Shown one piece after another: positions 12,371-25,470 of a stretch of 64,000 nucleotides of DNA. How positions within the stretch are numbered: position 1 is the first letter of the stretch; every line of letters begins with the position of its first letter. The DNA comes from Leucoraja ocellata (lineage: Eukaryota), in the NCBI GenBank assembly GCA_036785375.1, contig JAWMAR010000342.1:1426001-1490000 (forward strand). The letters run 5' to 3'. The notes below the pieces were generated by a model. That model was not told where the DNA came from. It saw only the letters and a list, made by a program, of their open reading frames with translations, and made no database searches. The translations under genes were made by a program, and so were the position numbers.

Positions 12371-13869
12371 ACAGATTGGTCAACCATGATTTTTCTTTAT
12401 GAAAAATGTTAACTTTGCTTGCTTTAAGATTTTCTACCAGCTATTACATCCTGCAAATGGATCCAGCATTTTCTCATTCACAGATTTTACGCAATGATTT
12501 TCTGGTTTCTGTCTTGTTACTTGAATACGAAACATTACAGTTTTCTAATCCTCTGGGACCTGTACAGAGTCTAGAGAATTATGGTAGATTACAACCCATG
12601 CATCCATTATTTGCTTTTATAAACTTTAGTTTGCCTAGTACTTTTTCTCGAGTGAGAGATATTATTTTTTGACCCTCTTTCCCTTTAGCTCTTTAATTAT
12701 TTGTTATTATTGGGATATTATTTTAGAATAATTCACCATCTCTGCTATCTACTTTCCCTTATTAATTTCCCAGTCTCATCCCTCCAAAAGACCAACCTTC
12801 TCTCCCTTTTGTGCATACCAATCAAAGCTTTTTCTCCTTTTGTTATTTGCTAGTTTATATTCATATTCTGTCTTTTCCCTCTTTTTCAGTCATTCTAAAA
12901 TATTCTCAAATTTCTAGCTGAACGCTAATCTTTGCAACATTATATGCCTTTTCTTTCAATTTGATACCTTCTGGAACTTCCACTTTGGGTAGCCACAGAT
13001 GGTGTATATTTAATCTAGATACTTTTTTTCGCTAGAATGTACCTTTGCTCTGATTTATGAAATAACCCCTCTGTAAGCTGTTGCTGGCATTAGCCTGGAA
13101 AAGTGATTTTATTTGAAGTTTGGGACGCCAGTTTTGGACCCAAGTTCCTTATTTCAAAGTGAACTTGAAATTTGACAATGCTGTGATCATTCCTTGGGGA
13201 AATCAGTACTGTGAGATCATTAACTAATTCTGTCTCATTACATAATGCAGATGGTAAATAACATGCTCCCTGATTTGGTTTCTCAACATATTGCATCTGG
13301 GAATCCATCCCAAATGCATCCTGTGAACTTGTCCTCAAGATAACATCAACAATTTGATTTATCACGTCCATTGACGATTAAATTCACATGATTATTGCAG
13401 TACCTTTCTTGCCAGCCCCCATTATTGTTTGATTTGTATTCCAAATTGAGTTTTCAGCTCTGATGGAGTTAATTCCTATAATTCACTTTGATGTTTCCTG
13501 TAGTGAAAAAAAGCAGTCTGCAACGTTCCAATCCTTTTTGACTCCTGCTAGTGGGAATAGCCTGATTTTTGTTTGCCCCTCTCCATGATATCTTTTCTGA
13601 CACTTTCCTGTCTGGTGTTCTACTTAAGAAATTGGAGTTGCAATAGTGCAAATTATGTATTAAGAGTGTTATGAATTTTGCACAAGAAATTTCACACTGA
13701 TTCAACTAATTTACCCAGTATAATAATTTTGCATATTTAAAGCACGTGGAGTTATTTTTACTTTCTACCCGGAAATGTTATGTTTTACGATAATGTAATT
13801 AACAATGTTCACAGAGACTTCTGTGGTATGGGGCTTAATTTTTCACCTTGTAATTATCTTCCTGCACAG

Positions 13870-14055
13870 AATCATGGATTCAGTTTTCTAGCTACTGAAA
13901 AAGAAAAAACAGCAAAGTTATTTCATCTCAAATACAGTGCAGCTGAAAATAACTACATTCGAGTCTCCAATGACAATGAAATCATTCATAACTGGGAAAA
14001 AGGTGTTTGGAAAATGAATTCCGTGCTTCGAAAGGTTGAACAGGACTGGAAAATG
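13870..14055 (+). CDS. NGLY1: NGLY1 coding exon, PAW domain start
   Basis: cacag|AAT...ATG|gtatg. Encodes NHGFSFLATEKEKTAKLFHLKYS...WEKGVWKMNSVLRKVEQDWKM. Confidence 0.93.
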
Positions 14056-15300
14056 GTATGGCTTTATGTACACTGCTTTCTTAAGGGGTAAAGCCTTGTA
14101 ACTTTACGTTCGGGATTTTAATTTTAATACATTTCTGATAAACTTTGGGTGAAATCAAGTGTTTCTGTTTAATTGCCGTAAAGCTGATCCAATGGTTCTA
14201 ATAATGGAGAACAATGGAGAACAGACAGTAAAAACCAGAAAAGGTTTTAACTGAAGACCTCTGACCAAAGGCTGCTCAAACAATGTCTTCAAATTGTCAT
14301 GCTAATATTGGTCAAGACTTTAGACTGATATTTGATTTCTGGGAAGAGGTTTACAGATTTAGTACATGATTTTATGGGAAAATGGATTACTACTGAGTCT
14401 CAATCTGGCTTCTGGAGAAACAGCATTTGTCTCACCGTTGGGATTAAGTGCTTTAAATTGTTGCAAGTTATTCATAATCCAATCAATGTTTTTTTGTTAT
14501 TTATTCACAAGACGTGACAAGACATTTTTTTCCCTTTAAAGGCGGCTTCAACCGGGTACTTTACCAAAGGTACTAAACAAAATTGAGTTGTGGAATTGCA
14601 GACTAGATATGTTTCTTTGTTAAAATGTTATACACTTGTGTTTAAAAGGAAAACGTAGTGTTTGATCTCAGCCTCAAATACTTATGTTTAACCATGTGCA
14701 TTTACTTTGGATCTTTAGCTTCAGAATAATGAGTTCAATCTTTTTCTTGAGTTGAAAGATACTTGATCTTTACCTAGATAACCTCTTGAAAATATGATTT
14801 ATTTTGCATTGTATGGATTATGTAATTGAAATATTGAGCTGTACTTACAGATGGCATTTTAAAGATTAGCATTGTTATAATATAATCTTGCTCATTCTCA
14901 ATGACATTTTATTTTATAACTGTCAAAGATAAAGGTCGTTGAATATGATTTCTGCTTCATTGCTAAGGGCTCAATTTGTACACAATTGTGTTGATAAAGC
15001 TGTATTTCGAACTTTAGCTATTGTATTTATGATGTTAAACATCCATAGCTGGCCTGTAGGATTGGTAGATAGCTGCAGGTGAATTGTTGTTGGACCTGTT
15101 GTTCAACAAGACCACGTGACAATTCTACTTTCCAATATGACTAAAATTCAGCAGTATCTGGTTTGTAAATGTTTTTTTTTAAGAAAGGCCACTTGTATCC
15201 TTCCTCCCTGTTTGTGCTTTCTTTAATTTGCATTTCTTACTATGGAGCAGTTGTGTCAAACATGAAATAGCTGCATAATTGTAATATAATGCATCAAGCT

Positions 15301-16101
15301 ATAATAATAATAATAATATATTTTATTGTCATTGCACGTCAGTGCAACGAGATTTAGTATGCAGCTCCAACCGATGAAAAAGAAAAGTAAAATAAATAAA
15401 TAAGCTGTGTGTCGTGACCATCCGAGGGAGACAGTCCAGGGGGGGTGGAGGGCACTCAGCAGGGCCGGTTCAGAGCCGCTATAGCTCTTGGAATAAAGCT
15501 GTTTCTGAGTCTGGAGGTTCGGGTGTAGAAGGCCTTGTAATGTCTGCCGGAGGGAAGTAGTTCAAACGGTCCGTTACAGGGGTGTGATGAGTCTTTATGG
15601 ATGCTGACGGCCTTCCTGAGGCACCGTGTGTGGTAGATGCCCTCCAAGGCTGGTAACTCTGTCCCAATGATCCTCTGCGCTCTGTGGACGACGCGCTGAA
15701 GAGCTCTCCTCTTCGCCTCCGTGCAGCTGAGATACCACACAGAGATGCCATACGTTAATATGCTCTCTGTGGTGCAGCGGTAGAAGGTTGTCAGCAGCTG
15801 TTGGGGCAGACCAGTCTTTTTTAATGTCCTCAGGAAGAACAGTCGTTGCTGTGCCTTCTTGACCAGCGCAGCGGTGTTGGTGGACCATGTGAGGTCCTCT
15901 GAAATGTGAGTGCCCAGAAACTTAAAGCTGGACACTCTCGCCACACTTTCCCCGTAAATGGAGATTGGGGCGTATTCTCCATTATGGGACCTCCTGAAGT
16001 CAATAATCAGCTCCTTGGTCTTGGAGGTATTTAGTGACAAGTTGTTACGTGTACACCAGTCCGCCAGGTTCTGCACCTCCGCCTTGTATTTTGTTTCATC
16101 C
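15301..16101 (-). mobile_element. 5'-truncated Rex/Babar-like non-LTR retrotransposon (RT C-terminus)
   Basis: Uninterrupted ORF 15456-16115 with WCTRNNLSLNTSKTKELIIDFRR, FKFLGTHISEDLTW, KKAQQRLFFLR and TSRLRNSFIPRAI, plus a (TTA)n tail at 15301. Confidence 0.85.
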
Positions 16102-16773
16102 ATAGGATGAAACAAAATACTATTTTGCTATTTATGCAAAAGAAGAATCTTGAGTGGAAATGTAACAGTAGTTGGGAGTCTCTTTCTGAATCTTTTTTTA
16201 CCTGAGCCATTAGATACTGTATTTTTATTCTCAGTTGCTTTAGTCAAAGCTTCTGTGCAGATTCAAAGTACAAAGTGTAAGGGACATCTGAATGTGCATA
16301 AAGAAGTAATACAGGAATGAAAATATCAGTAAGTTTGCATTTCTTGTAGTGCAGACCATGCTAAGAGTTGGCATTTATGATGACAGTATTGTACAGAGGA
16401 GGAAGGTGGGTGAGGGAAAACAGAAGTCTCTTATGCAAGCTAGACCAAGATCTGTAAACAATGGGAGAATTGAAATGTATGTCGTGTTTTGTTTTGTAGT
16501 GGTGTAAAAAACATGCATACACTCAGATTAATTTCCAATTAATGAAGTCATATCTGTCATTTGTTTTATTTTTTATTATTGGTTTTAAATTGTCATTCCC
16601 ACCATCGTAGTATCAAAAATTAGCCTCTTCAGTATAAATTATTGTCTTGTAATTGTTTGTTGGTCAATTGTTGCTGAACGTGACATCCACAATTTATTTT
16701 ATAAGAAGAATATAATGAATTGTTTACAGAACTATATGCAACTTACTACAGTGTAATATTTCTGTTTAAACAG

Positions 16774-16951
16774 GTATACATTGCTCGAACAGAAGGAGCA
16801 GCATCTGCCAGAGTTAGTTGGAAGTTTGATTGCGGTTCAGTGGGACTGAAGATAGTCAATGTTTCTATTCGATCCACCAGCCAGACATTTCAATCTGGAA
16901 ATATTCAATGGCATCTACATTCAAATTTGACCAATGTAGATCTAAGTGGGG
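16774..16951 (+). CDS. NGLY1: NGLY1 coding exon, PAW domain
   Basis: aacag|GTA...GGGG|gtgtg. Encodes VYIARTEGAASARVSWKFDCGSVGLKIVNVSIRSTSQTFQSG... Confidence 0.93.
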
Positions 16952-17062
16952 GTGTGTATTGCTATGGTATTACTTTTTATGATTTCTTCCCTTGATTCAC
17001 ATAATTTGGAAAAAAGCAGTAGGTAAAAGTGGTGTTAATTATACTTTCTTTCTTTAATTTAG

Positions 17063-17256
17063 ATCAAAACATTCATTCATTTGCTAATTTTAATGGATCT
17101 ACTGAATTAATTTTGGAAGCTGAGATGAGTGGTGGCGATGGCGATGTTGCATGGCAGCATACACAACTCTTCAGACAAAGTTTGGATGATCATGAATATC
17201 CTATGGAAATCATAATAACTCTTAAGGATATTAAGATTAAAGATGAATATCAGTAA
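17063..17256 (+). CDS. NGLY1: NGLY1 last coding exon
   Basis: tttag|AT start. Encodes ...[40 protein letters not shown]..., with TAA at 17254-17256. Confidence 0.94.
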
Positions 17257-17468
17257 CATCAACAGAAGATTTCAAATTCAAACCATGTTTGTTTTTATAT
17301 TAATATTCAATAGAACAGAAATTTGCACTAAAAATATTTTGTATCATTATTTGCAAAGTATTCAAGATTTTCATTGAATCTTGATTGACTTACAAAAACA
17401 CTTGTCTACAAAGGAGAATATAATTAAAATACAAAGTATAAGGGTTTTTTTTCCAGTATCATTTGGTG

Positions 17469-17474
17469 AATAAA
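17469..17474 (+). terminator. candidate NGLY1 polyadenylation signal
   Basis: AATAAA ~210 nt after the stop codon, followed by GT/T-rich sequence. Further AATAAA hexamers lie near 17923-17936. Confidence 0.5.
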
Positions 17475-18254
17475 AGTTGACATTTCGGGTTTTATATTGT
17501 GTTTTCAATGTTACATAATATATCCATTATGGTGTAAATGGATCTAAAACAATACATGCCTATTGCACAAATTAGCTGCCGTGTTTACACATTACTTCAT
17601 AATTGGATATTGATTGCTTTATTTTCAAACGTCTTCACAACATGATGTCATATATAAGAGCAATTTTTGAATCACTTTTTTAAATGACCATTAAACTAGC
17701 ACACTTTGATGAATTTTATGTATTTTTATATCCTTTATAGCTAATGCTGGATACTTTAATTTTGTATCTTTAGAATTGCTCTATTATTGCCAGAGCTGTC
17801 ATTACTTGACATAATGTAGATAGGAGAGGGGCCCAACAGAACATTTCCATGAATGTGATTTCCACGATCTACACAATGAGGGTAAAAAAATAAACAGTTT
17901 TAACAAGATAACATCTTAGCCTAAATAAACAATAAATGGCTTAAACTTTGCTTTCTCTTCAGATTTAATGTTCATGCACGCTGCACATCTGCTGCATTTA
18001 TTTCAAATGTGTGGTTTGTTGCAATACTGTTTCTAAACACAGCAATGTTTGTCCATATGTACATTTTACCACAAACCTATTTCAGACAGATTTTGATAGG
18101 AATGATACAAGAAAATATTAACGAACTATAGAAAGGGTGTGTCATTGACAATTTTCAGTAAATTGTGACACGATTCATTTTTGTTGGCAAGTTTGAGGCC
18201 ACAGAGTGTTTAGTCTAAATTAGTGGAATAAAGCACTAATGGCTAATATGTTTT

Positions 18255-18471
18255 GGAAGGAACTACAGATGCTGGTTTATACCAAAGATAGACACAATGT
18301 GCTGGAGTAAATTAGAGGGTTAGGAAGCATCTCTGGAGAAAAAGGATGGGTGATATTTCAGACCCTTCTTCAGACTTTTCCCCTCTTCTGGAAAATTAAT
18401 CTTCCAACCCTTCATTTCTCTCCAGAGATGCTGCCTGACCCACTGAGTTACTCCAGCACTTTGTATCTATC
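18255..18471. mobile_element. two Penelope-like terminal repeats in inverted orientation
   Basis: 18255-18375 is a minus-strand copy and 18410-18471 a plus-strand copy of tctccagagatgctgcctgaccc..gagttactccagca. Confidence 0.75.
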
Positions 18472-20450
18472 AATGGCTAATAAGATATTTTTTATCAAAG
18501 GAAGGTTGGGTTATTTTAGAGTGAAAGAATTGTTTTGGTTACGTAAATGACAACAGGGACCGTATCTTGTAGGAAATGCTGTACATGCTTGGGTTTATTT
18601 CTCAGCAAACGTAAAGATTTAAAATTCATAAGAAATGTATAGACAAGGATAATGAAAATGTTTACATTTCAAATGAAAACAAAATACTTAAGTACTCTGC
18701 AAGTCAGGTGACATTTATGGAGAGAAAAGATTAACATTTTTAGAACAGTTTTAATGAAATTGGAAGAAATTGGCAGTAATCCAAAGAATCTGATTTACGG
18801 TATGTGGTGATAGCGCCCACCGATCTCGCTAAGTACTAATAAGATTTGAATTATTATTTCAGATTTCTAGTCTCAAGGAGAATTTACTTGATATTCATAC
18901 GTAGCAGCGTTCTGATCTGGAAGTTATAAATAAATTAGTTGCCATTAAATCCAATATAAACTTTATCCAGAGTTGTAGAAATGTAATACAAATTACTCTG
19001 TGAACTTGTATTTCAGTAGCATTCTTCATAGCACAAAAACAATTCATTATATTTTTCAGGACTGTTATAAATTATAATTTGATAATCAGCCACAATAAGA
19101 ACTTGGGTTAGGAAATAGATAGATTTCAAGGAGCACCTTGCACCTACTGAGAGGTAAATTAGAAACATAGAAAATCAATGGTTGATTCTATTACTGCCAG
19201 TAAAAGTGATCAAAATCAGAGGTGTATAAGAAAGCAGAATTATTAGGTGCTAAACATTTTAGTGATGGTGCTTATGAGGCTTTTGTCGGGAGGGATGAGA
19301 ATTACTTTTGAGATGTTTGGCTTGTTCAGCAAAATGTATGGTGGCAGAAAAGTATTTTGGGATTTAGAGTATGGCATTTTGGATGGCCTTGTTTATTGGC
19401 TGTAGAACGAAGGAAGCTTCCTAGGAATGGCTTGGAATGGTAAAGCCTAGTGATATTGAGAATGGGCGAAGGGTTTCAGAGTATGTGCTGAGGCAGTTGC
19501 AAAGTTTGGTGCAAAATGAGCAGAAGTACAAATATATGTCAATATGTAACACAAGGCTCTATGTAAAGTCAGATTTGACAGGATCTGAACATCCTGGTTT
19601 ATGATGAAACCAGGATGTAGAATCATTGCAATGGCTAGGGAAAATGAAGTAGATGGCTTTTTGCCTGTTTAGTTGGGAAGAAATTTCTGATCTTTGGAAA
19701 TGGATGTAGTATTGACAATTTGGAGCACGGGGGGTATTTATGGTCATGGTGGTAAGGTGAAGAAGGAGTCTAAATGCCCCTCTCCCTCTCTTATTTCTTA
19801 CGTTTATGACAGTGTTTACATTTTTATATGATCAGCAAATTTGGAATTTAATTTGCACTACATACTTGATGGGTGTCTTCAACTTCCCCAGTTACTGAGA
19901 TGTAGTACCACTTTTATGTAATAACACTTTTCATAGAATTTTCAATTGGATGTGTATATTGCCTTCAAGTTAAATCATACTTTACTGAGCAAGCAAAATT
20001 ACAGTTTATCCCTAGATTCCCAGTTCACCAAGTTTGGTAGTGGCTAACATTAAAGGTAAAGGCAACCCCAATGTAGGCAAATAATGGAAAAAGGAATAAA
20101 CAAGTAATTAGAAAAGGATAGTTATTAAACTAATAACAGCAAATTGCTGGCATCTCAACCAAATTAATCGAGGATAAAGTTATGTTTCCATGTTGCTAGT
20201 TCTACGCAAAACACTAAAAAACTACGGTTGTATTTTTGACGTTAAATTATTCAAAATTGTTGATTTTCTGATATACTATTTGTATACGTTTAGTTGTATT
20301 TCTTAAAGCATTCCAGGGTGGAACCATAAACTAAGAATTGCGTCAATAGAACCGAGAATGTTGGAGAATTTGAAGAGCTAATGCTAGTAGAATGGATTTA
20401 ACTGAATAAATAAAGCAAGCTGTAGATGATTTTAGATCATCCTCGTCCGT

Positions 20451-20526
20451 AAACTCAGCGGGTGCAGCAGCATCTATGGAGCGAAGGAAATAGGCAACGT
20501 TTCGGGCCGAAACCCTTCTTCAGACT
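20451..20526 (-). mobile_element. young Penelope-like terminal repeat with hammerhead-like core
   Basis: 20451-20523 is the exact reverse complement of 33950-34022. Confidence 0.85.
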
Positions 20527-20759
20527 ATGCGGTCTTCACACTGACAAAGAATCTTTGACTCCATGTTACTGCCAGGAAAGCAACTCCTGTCCTCAGATAA
20601 ATGGTTGGGGGACATGAATGAAAGATAAATACACATGGCAGTTTCCATTATTCAAAACTGTGGGAAATGTGTAGTCTGCTATTATTTTTGAGAGCGATAA
20701 AAATAACGTTGAGTGTTGACCCCTCCAAATGCTGATGCTGAACCAACTTCAGCATACCC

Positions 20760-21900
20760 CTGATGAAAAGCCGGCCGCCGGCCACGCCGACCCAACGACG
20801 CCGTCATCATTGACACAGAGATCCTTCTACACCAGATGCATCAAGGACGTCACGCCGGAACCGAGTCGCTGATGACCTAGCATCTTTGCTGCTAAGTGGG
20901 TGGGGAAGCCGGTGAAGACGGAGGCAGGCGGGCGATTGGCGGGGGTGGCCGGCAGCCGCCAGTCGGTGTGTGGCTCGCTCGGTGGGTCTGAGTGAAGCCG
21001 GCGGCGGGCGGGCGGGCGGGCGGGCGGCTCGAGCGAGCGAGCGAGCGAGCGGCGACGGTGACGCTGTAGCTTCCTCGCGCTCCCATTGTCTGGGGTGGCC
21101 GCGTGAGAGAGAGAGAGCGAGCGAGCGCGCGCGTGCGCGCGGGCCGGCCGTTGAGACGTTGGTTTAACGGCCCGGAGGCCCCGCCAGGCCGCTAGCAGAG
21201 TTCAACCGTCCTCCATTTTATCATCAGGAGCCGGCGGAGCGAGCGTTTTCAGTGCGGGCATTTTGTTTACGTGTTTGCAGTCGTTCAAAGACAACGATCG
21301 GGAAGAAGAAGAAGAAAAGCAGTTTGCCCCCTCCCCTCCCCCCTCCCCCTCCCCATCCCTGTTGGTCCAAACCCTGTGCTTGTTGAACGCCGCGATGGCG
21401 GCCTCGCACTGAGGCGGGGAGAGACAGGCCGGGTGTAGGCGAACAAACGGCGATCGGCTTTCAGCCGTGATCGCTCCCGACGCCCATTCTCCTCGGGCCT
21501 CCGTCGATACCCGGCGAGTGGCGAGAGCGTGGGCCGGCCGGCCGGGTGGGTGGGTGGGCGGGCGGTCACTGATGAGACGGGCAAGGCCGGGGGAGTGAAA
21601 GATCGGCCGGCTTGAAGCGACCGCCGACCCGGGGAGCGAGCGAGCGAGCGAGCGAGCGATCTAGCGATCCCCTGCTCAGCCCTGACTCTTAAACAGCCGG
21701 CCGGCACCTTGCAGCGGCGGCGGAGACGGTGCGAGTGGTGCAGTCCTTCGGAAGATGTCTACGGGAGACGGAGAGGCCGGAGGTTTGACCTGGGTGGTAA
21801 GTGTGTGTGTCAGCTGCGGACTAGGCTGGGCCGAACAACCCCGATCAGTGTGTGAGAGGGAGGAAGGGAGCGGTGCCGCTCACCAGGCCCAGTCCGCCCG
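20760..21900 (+). promoter_or_regulatory. CpG island / TOP2B promoter and 5'UTR
   Basis: Abrupt GC- and CpG-rich block in an AT-rich background. Contains GGGCGG boxes, an inverted CCAAT (GATTGG ~20934), a CRE-like GACGTCA (~20846) and (GCGA)n tracts, and ends at TOP2B exon 1. Confidence 0.85.
21755..21796 (+). CDS. TOP2B: TOP2B coding exon 1
   Basis: ATG MSTGDGEAGGLTWV|gtaag. The LTWV end matches the end of vertebrate TOP2B exon 1. Confidence 0.88.
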
Positions 21901-22289
21901 TTCCGGTGGATGGCTGGATGAATGCTGGGGCGACTACAGAAACCAGCCAGTGTTTTTTTTTTAAATTAGAAACGAGCAACGTTTCTTTACAGAGCCAATG
22001 ATTCAAACGCGCTAGGAGTTTTGCTAGTTGTTTTAAGATTCCTAGCGTCTCCATCTGCGTTTAATCCCGGCTGTCATTCGGCGTCTGTTGTAACTTGACG
22101 CCATTCACGGTATCACACATGACAGAGGCAGGAAGTAAACTTTCGGGCTGTGAAGTATTGTATTTCATTGAAGAAATCACAAGACCATATAGTTGACGTA
22201 AATTTGAACAGTTACAACTTTTCTAATGTACATGGTGGGATTCCGTTCAATCTCCTGTTTCAGTAATGATGAATATGAATGATGAAAGG

Positions 22290-23160
22290 TTTTGGAACCT
22301 CTTTACAATTTATACAAATGGATGAAAGTACCAAAGGCTGGTTTCTAAATTCGCTGACGACACAAAAATAAGTAAGGAAGCAAGTTGTCAAGAGGACCAA
22401 AGAAGCTACAAAATAATATAGGTTTTTAAAAAATGGGAAATTATTTGGCAAATGAAGAATATTTATGCAAATGTGATTGACTGTTTTTGGCAGGAACAAT
22501 AAAATACACTATCTGAATGGTGAGAATCTGCAGTTCAGGGATGCAGAGGGATTGGAGTGACATAGTGTACATAAGGTAATATGCTAGTGTCTGAAAGTTA
22601 TTATGAAGGGAAACTGAAAGTAGCAAGGTTTTGCATTGGCCATTTCTGGAGTGTTGAGTACAGTATTGATCTCCCATTTTAGAAAATATGTTTTGCATTA
22701 AAAGAAGTTCAGATGTTTACCCAAATAACAGCTTGACTGGGTGGGTTATCTTCTGAGGAACGCTTGGACAAGCTGGGCATGTGTCTGTTCGAATTTAAGG
22801 AAGTCAGAGGTAATATAATTGAAACATGCAATACCCATCAGGATCTTGGGAGGATGGATGCAGAGAAGATGTTTCCTTTTGATTCTAAGGGGGGCTGCCC
22901 ATTGATGGAAGATTAAGTATTTTTTTCCTTTCAGGACATTGAGTCTTTGGAATTCACTTCCTCAAAGGATGTTGGAAGAAGAATCGGATTCTATTTAATT
23001 TAGTAGATAGATATTTGATAAGCAAGGTGATATAAGCTTACCAGGAAGACAAGAATTCAAAATTGAGATTATAATCAGATCAGCCATGACCAAGTTAAAT
23101 GGCAGAACAGGCATGAGGGGTTGTGTGGCCTACTTCTGCCAAGAATGTGTATGTTTGTAA
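22290..23160 (+). mobile_element. old degraded CR1-type LINE
   Basis: Remnants of KFADDT (ctaaattcgctgacgacac) and a CR1-like 3'UTR (gatcagccatg..aatggcagaacagg..ggcctact). Confidence 0.6.
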
Positions 23161-25089
23161 GTATTTTATATGGTCTTCAACTCTTCTACAATTTATTTAA
23201 TGTAATTTCACACCTAACTGAATTTAGTGGTACTTCACCTGAATGTATTCACCTAATCTGAATGAGCATGTTTTACATTTTCACCTGATTGAATTAATGA
23301 ATCAATCTGGATGGTGAATATTTAACAATGGGGTTGGGATTGCCCCTTAGCAGATGTGGATATTAACTTGGGAATCACAGTTCATTGAATCCATGGCAAA
23401 AAGTTTTCAGTTGTTTATTGGACTTAAGACAACTTTATTGTTTAGAGTCATAGAATATGGAATCCTTAAGGCACAGACTAAGGCCAATTAATCCATTGGG
23501 TTTGTATTGGTTGTTTGTGGACCATTTAAGATAACACCCACCCTTTAACAATGTCCTGTCCCTTATCAAATGTTTTTAATCACCTTTGCAATTATGTTTC
23601 AGATCATAACCATAGCATGGGTAAAATCTATTCCCTCCTATTTGCCTGCTTCATTTGTCAATCTCATTTGATTCAAAGAGTAACAGTTCTGCTTACATTT
23701 TTTATTGTTGTGATGCAGTTCCATTTATCTTCTTTCACCCTGTGGAGGGAGATACAGAATTGATGTATTGATTTAATGACTTTTCAACAGAACGTTTTGC
23801 TTTTCAATTGCTCTCAACGTTCATTGTTTGCCATCTTTGATACTTCACAGAGCATGGTCCCAGTATTACCAATTTCATCTTATCACTAATCATTTGTCAA
23901 TAAAATAATTGTAATTAATTTTCTGTTCATTCTGTACGTCCTCCACTTCCTTATTAAGATACGATGACCAGACAATTGAGCCCAAACCAGCTTTTAACAA
24001 AGTTTAAAAATATCCTGTCTGTTTGGTGATCACTTTAATTACTGTTCCAGATTCAATGCACAGCTAACTGCCCAAGTACTGTAATTTATGCAAATATCCA
24101 CTTCGGTCCTTTTTTTTCTTCCATACCATTTTAGAACTGACATTTGGTCTATATTGACTTTTCACATTTGCCCGCCCACATTTTTTGGCAATCTTTTTAA
24201 TCATCCCCCCCACCCCCAAGTTTGATGTAACTTACAGATGTTAAAATAACCCCACTTCCAATCAGTAAAGCTGTGGCCCGAGCACTGCCCCTTGGTGAAT
24301 GCAGGTGTTACAATCCAGTAGTCTAAATATCAACTATTTACCATAGATTTTTTGCTTTTTCTTTCCTGAGATTTTATTCATCATTCCAAGGTCTCACTTT
24401 TGCTACCCACCCTTTTGTTTGACACTTTGTCTTATAAGCTCACTGTCTCTATCTTTTGGGAGATGCTTTTGCAGAAGCCATGATAAGTTGTTAGAATAGA
24501 TTTTGTAGTTGCAATTATGGTATGCTGCTGATGAAAAATTTAAGGCCTAGTATTCTGGTGGCACTAGATCGATGAAGTAGGAATTGGCCTGGCAATAGGC
24601 TATGCTTGATTTATTCACTCACATGGCTGCTGAAGGGCCTTGTGGTCGCCTCCACTGACCTGTGACCACACAAATGCAGCATCCGCTGCCGCTCTGCTTA
24701 CGTAAATTGAGGATGGAATGCACCGCTTCCCGAGCTGATCACAGGACTTTAGGCCGCCAACATTCCCCTTCACCTTTAAATCCATTGTGGAGGAAGAACA
24801 ATTATAGAATAAGGGAAAAGATTTTAACTTTCACTATTTATAATGGCACAAATTTAACTGCAACTATTCATTGCCTTTTCATTCAAAAATCATTGATTTA
24901 AGTATGTTCCAGGATTTAATCTAAAGTAATGCAAAATTAAGGGAGCAGTAGTGATAGTAATGGAAGCCTAATTTGTTTTTTGGTTGAAATTAGGTTGAAA
25001 TAAAAGATTTAAAAAAAAACAAGGAATGATAAATTTCTTATGAAAAAACAGCCTTGTGGCTACATCATTATGAAATACGTCATCACAGA

Positions 25090-25470
25090 GACAGAGATAT
25101 CCACATCTTCAAACCTCATCTGCATTTGGTGCGACACCAAATGTAGACTAGGTGACCACTTTGCTCAATACTTGTACTTGATCCATTAAAGCATGCTGGA
25201 TCTCCTGGTTACTAACCATTTTACTTCCTCTTTTCATACTACCTTTCTGTCCTGGGCTGCCTCCTTTAGCAAACTAGTGGAGCAACACCCCATGTTACAC
25301 TTGGGTAGCTTACAACCTAATGGTATGAACATTGAAATATCCAATGCTAAGTAAACTCTGTCCCCCCCACCCTGTGCAACATATATCCTTACCTCTGGCT
25401 TTACATTTCACTTCTCTCCTTATATGCCACTTCTGTCACTAGCCTTTGTCACATACTCCATTATCTACCT
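25090..25470 (+). mobile_element. degraded Penelope-like GIY-YIG fragment
   Basis: Homologous to the reverse complement of 59990-60290 (ctgtcctgggc..ggagcaacac..ttgggtagcttacaacc..ggtatgaacattga). Confidence 0.65.

Noticed and set aside
21567-21605. CTGATGAG...GAAAGATC in the TOP2B leader resembling a hammerhead
   Set aside because: No plausible helix II or helix I pairing; a chance match in GC-rich DNA.
20892-21707. ORFs across the CpG island suggesting an antisense gene
   Set aside because: Low-complexity Arg/Ala/Pro translations typical of CpG islands, with no splice or homology support.
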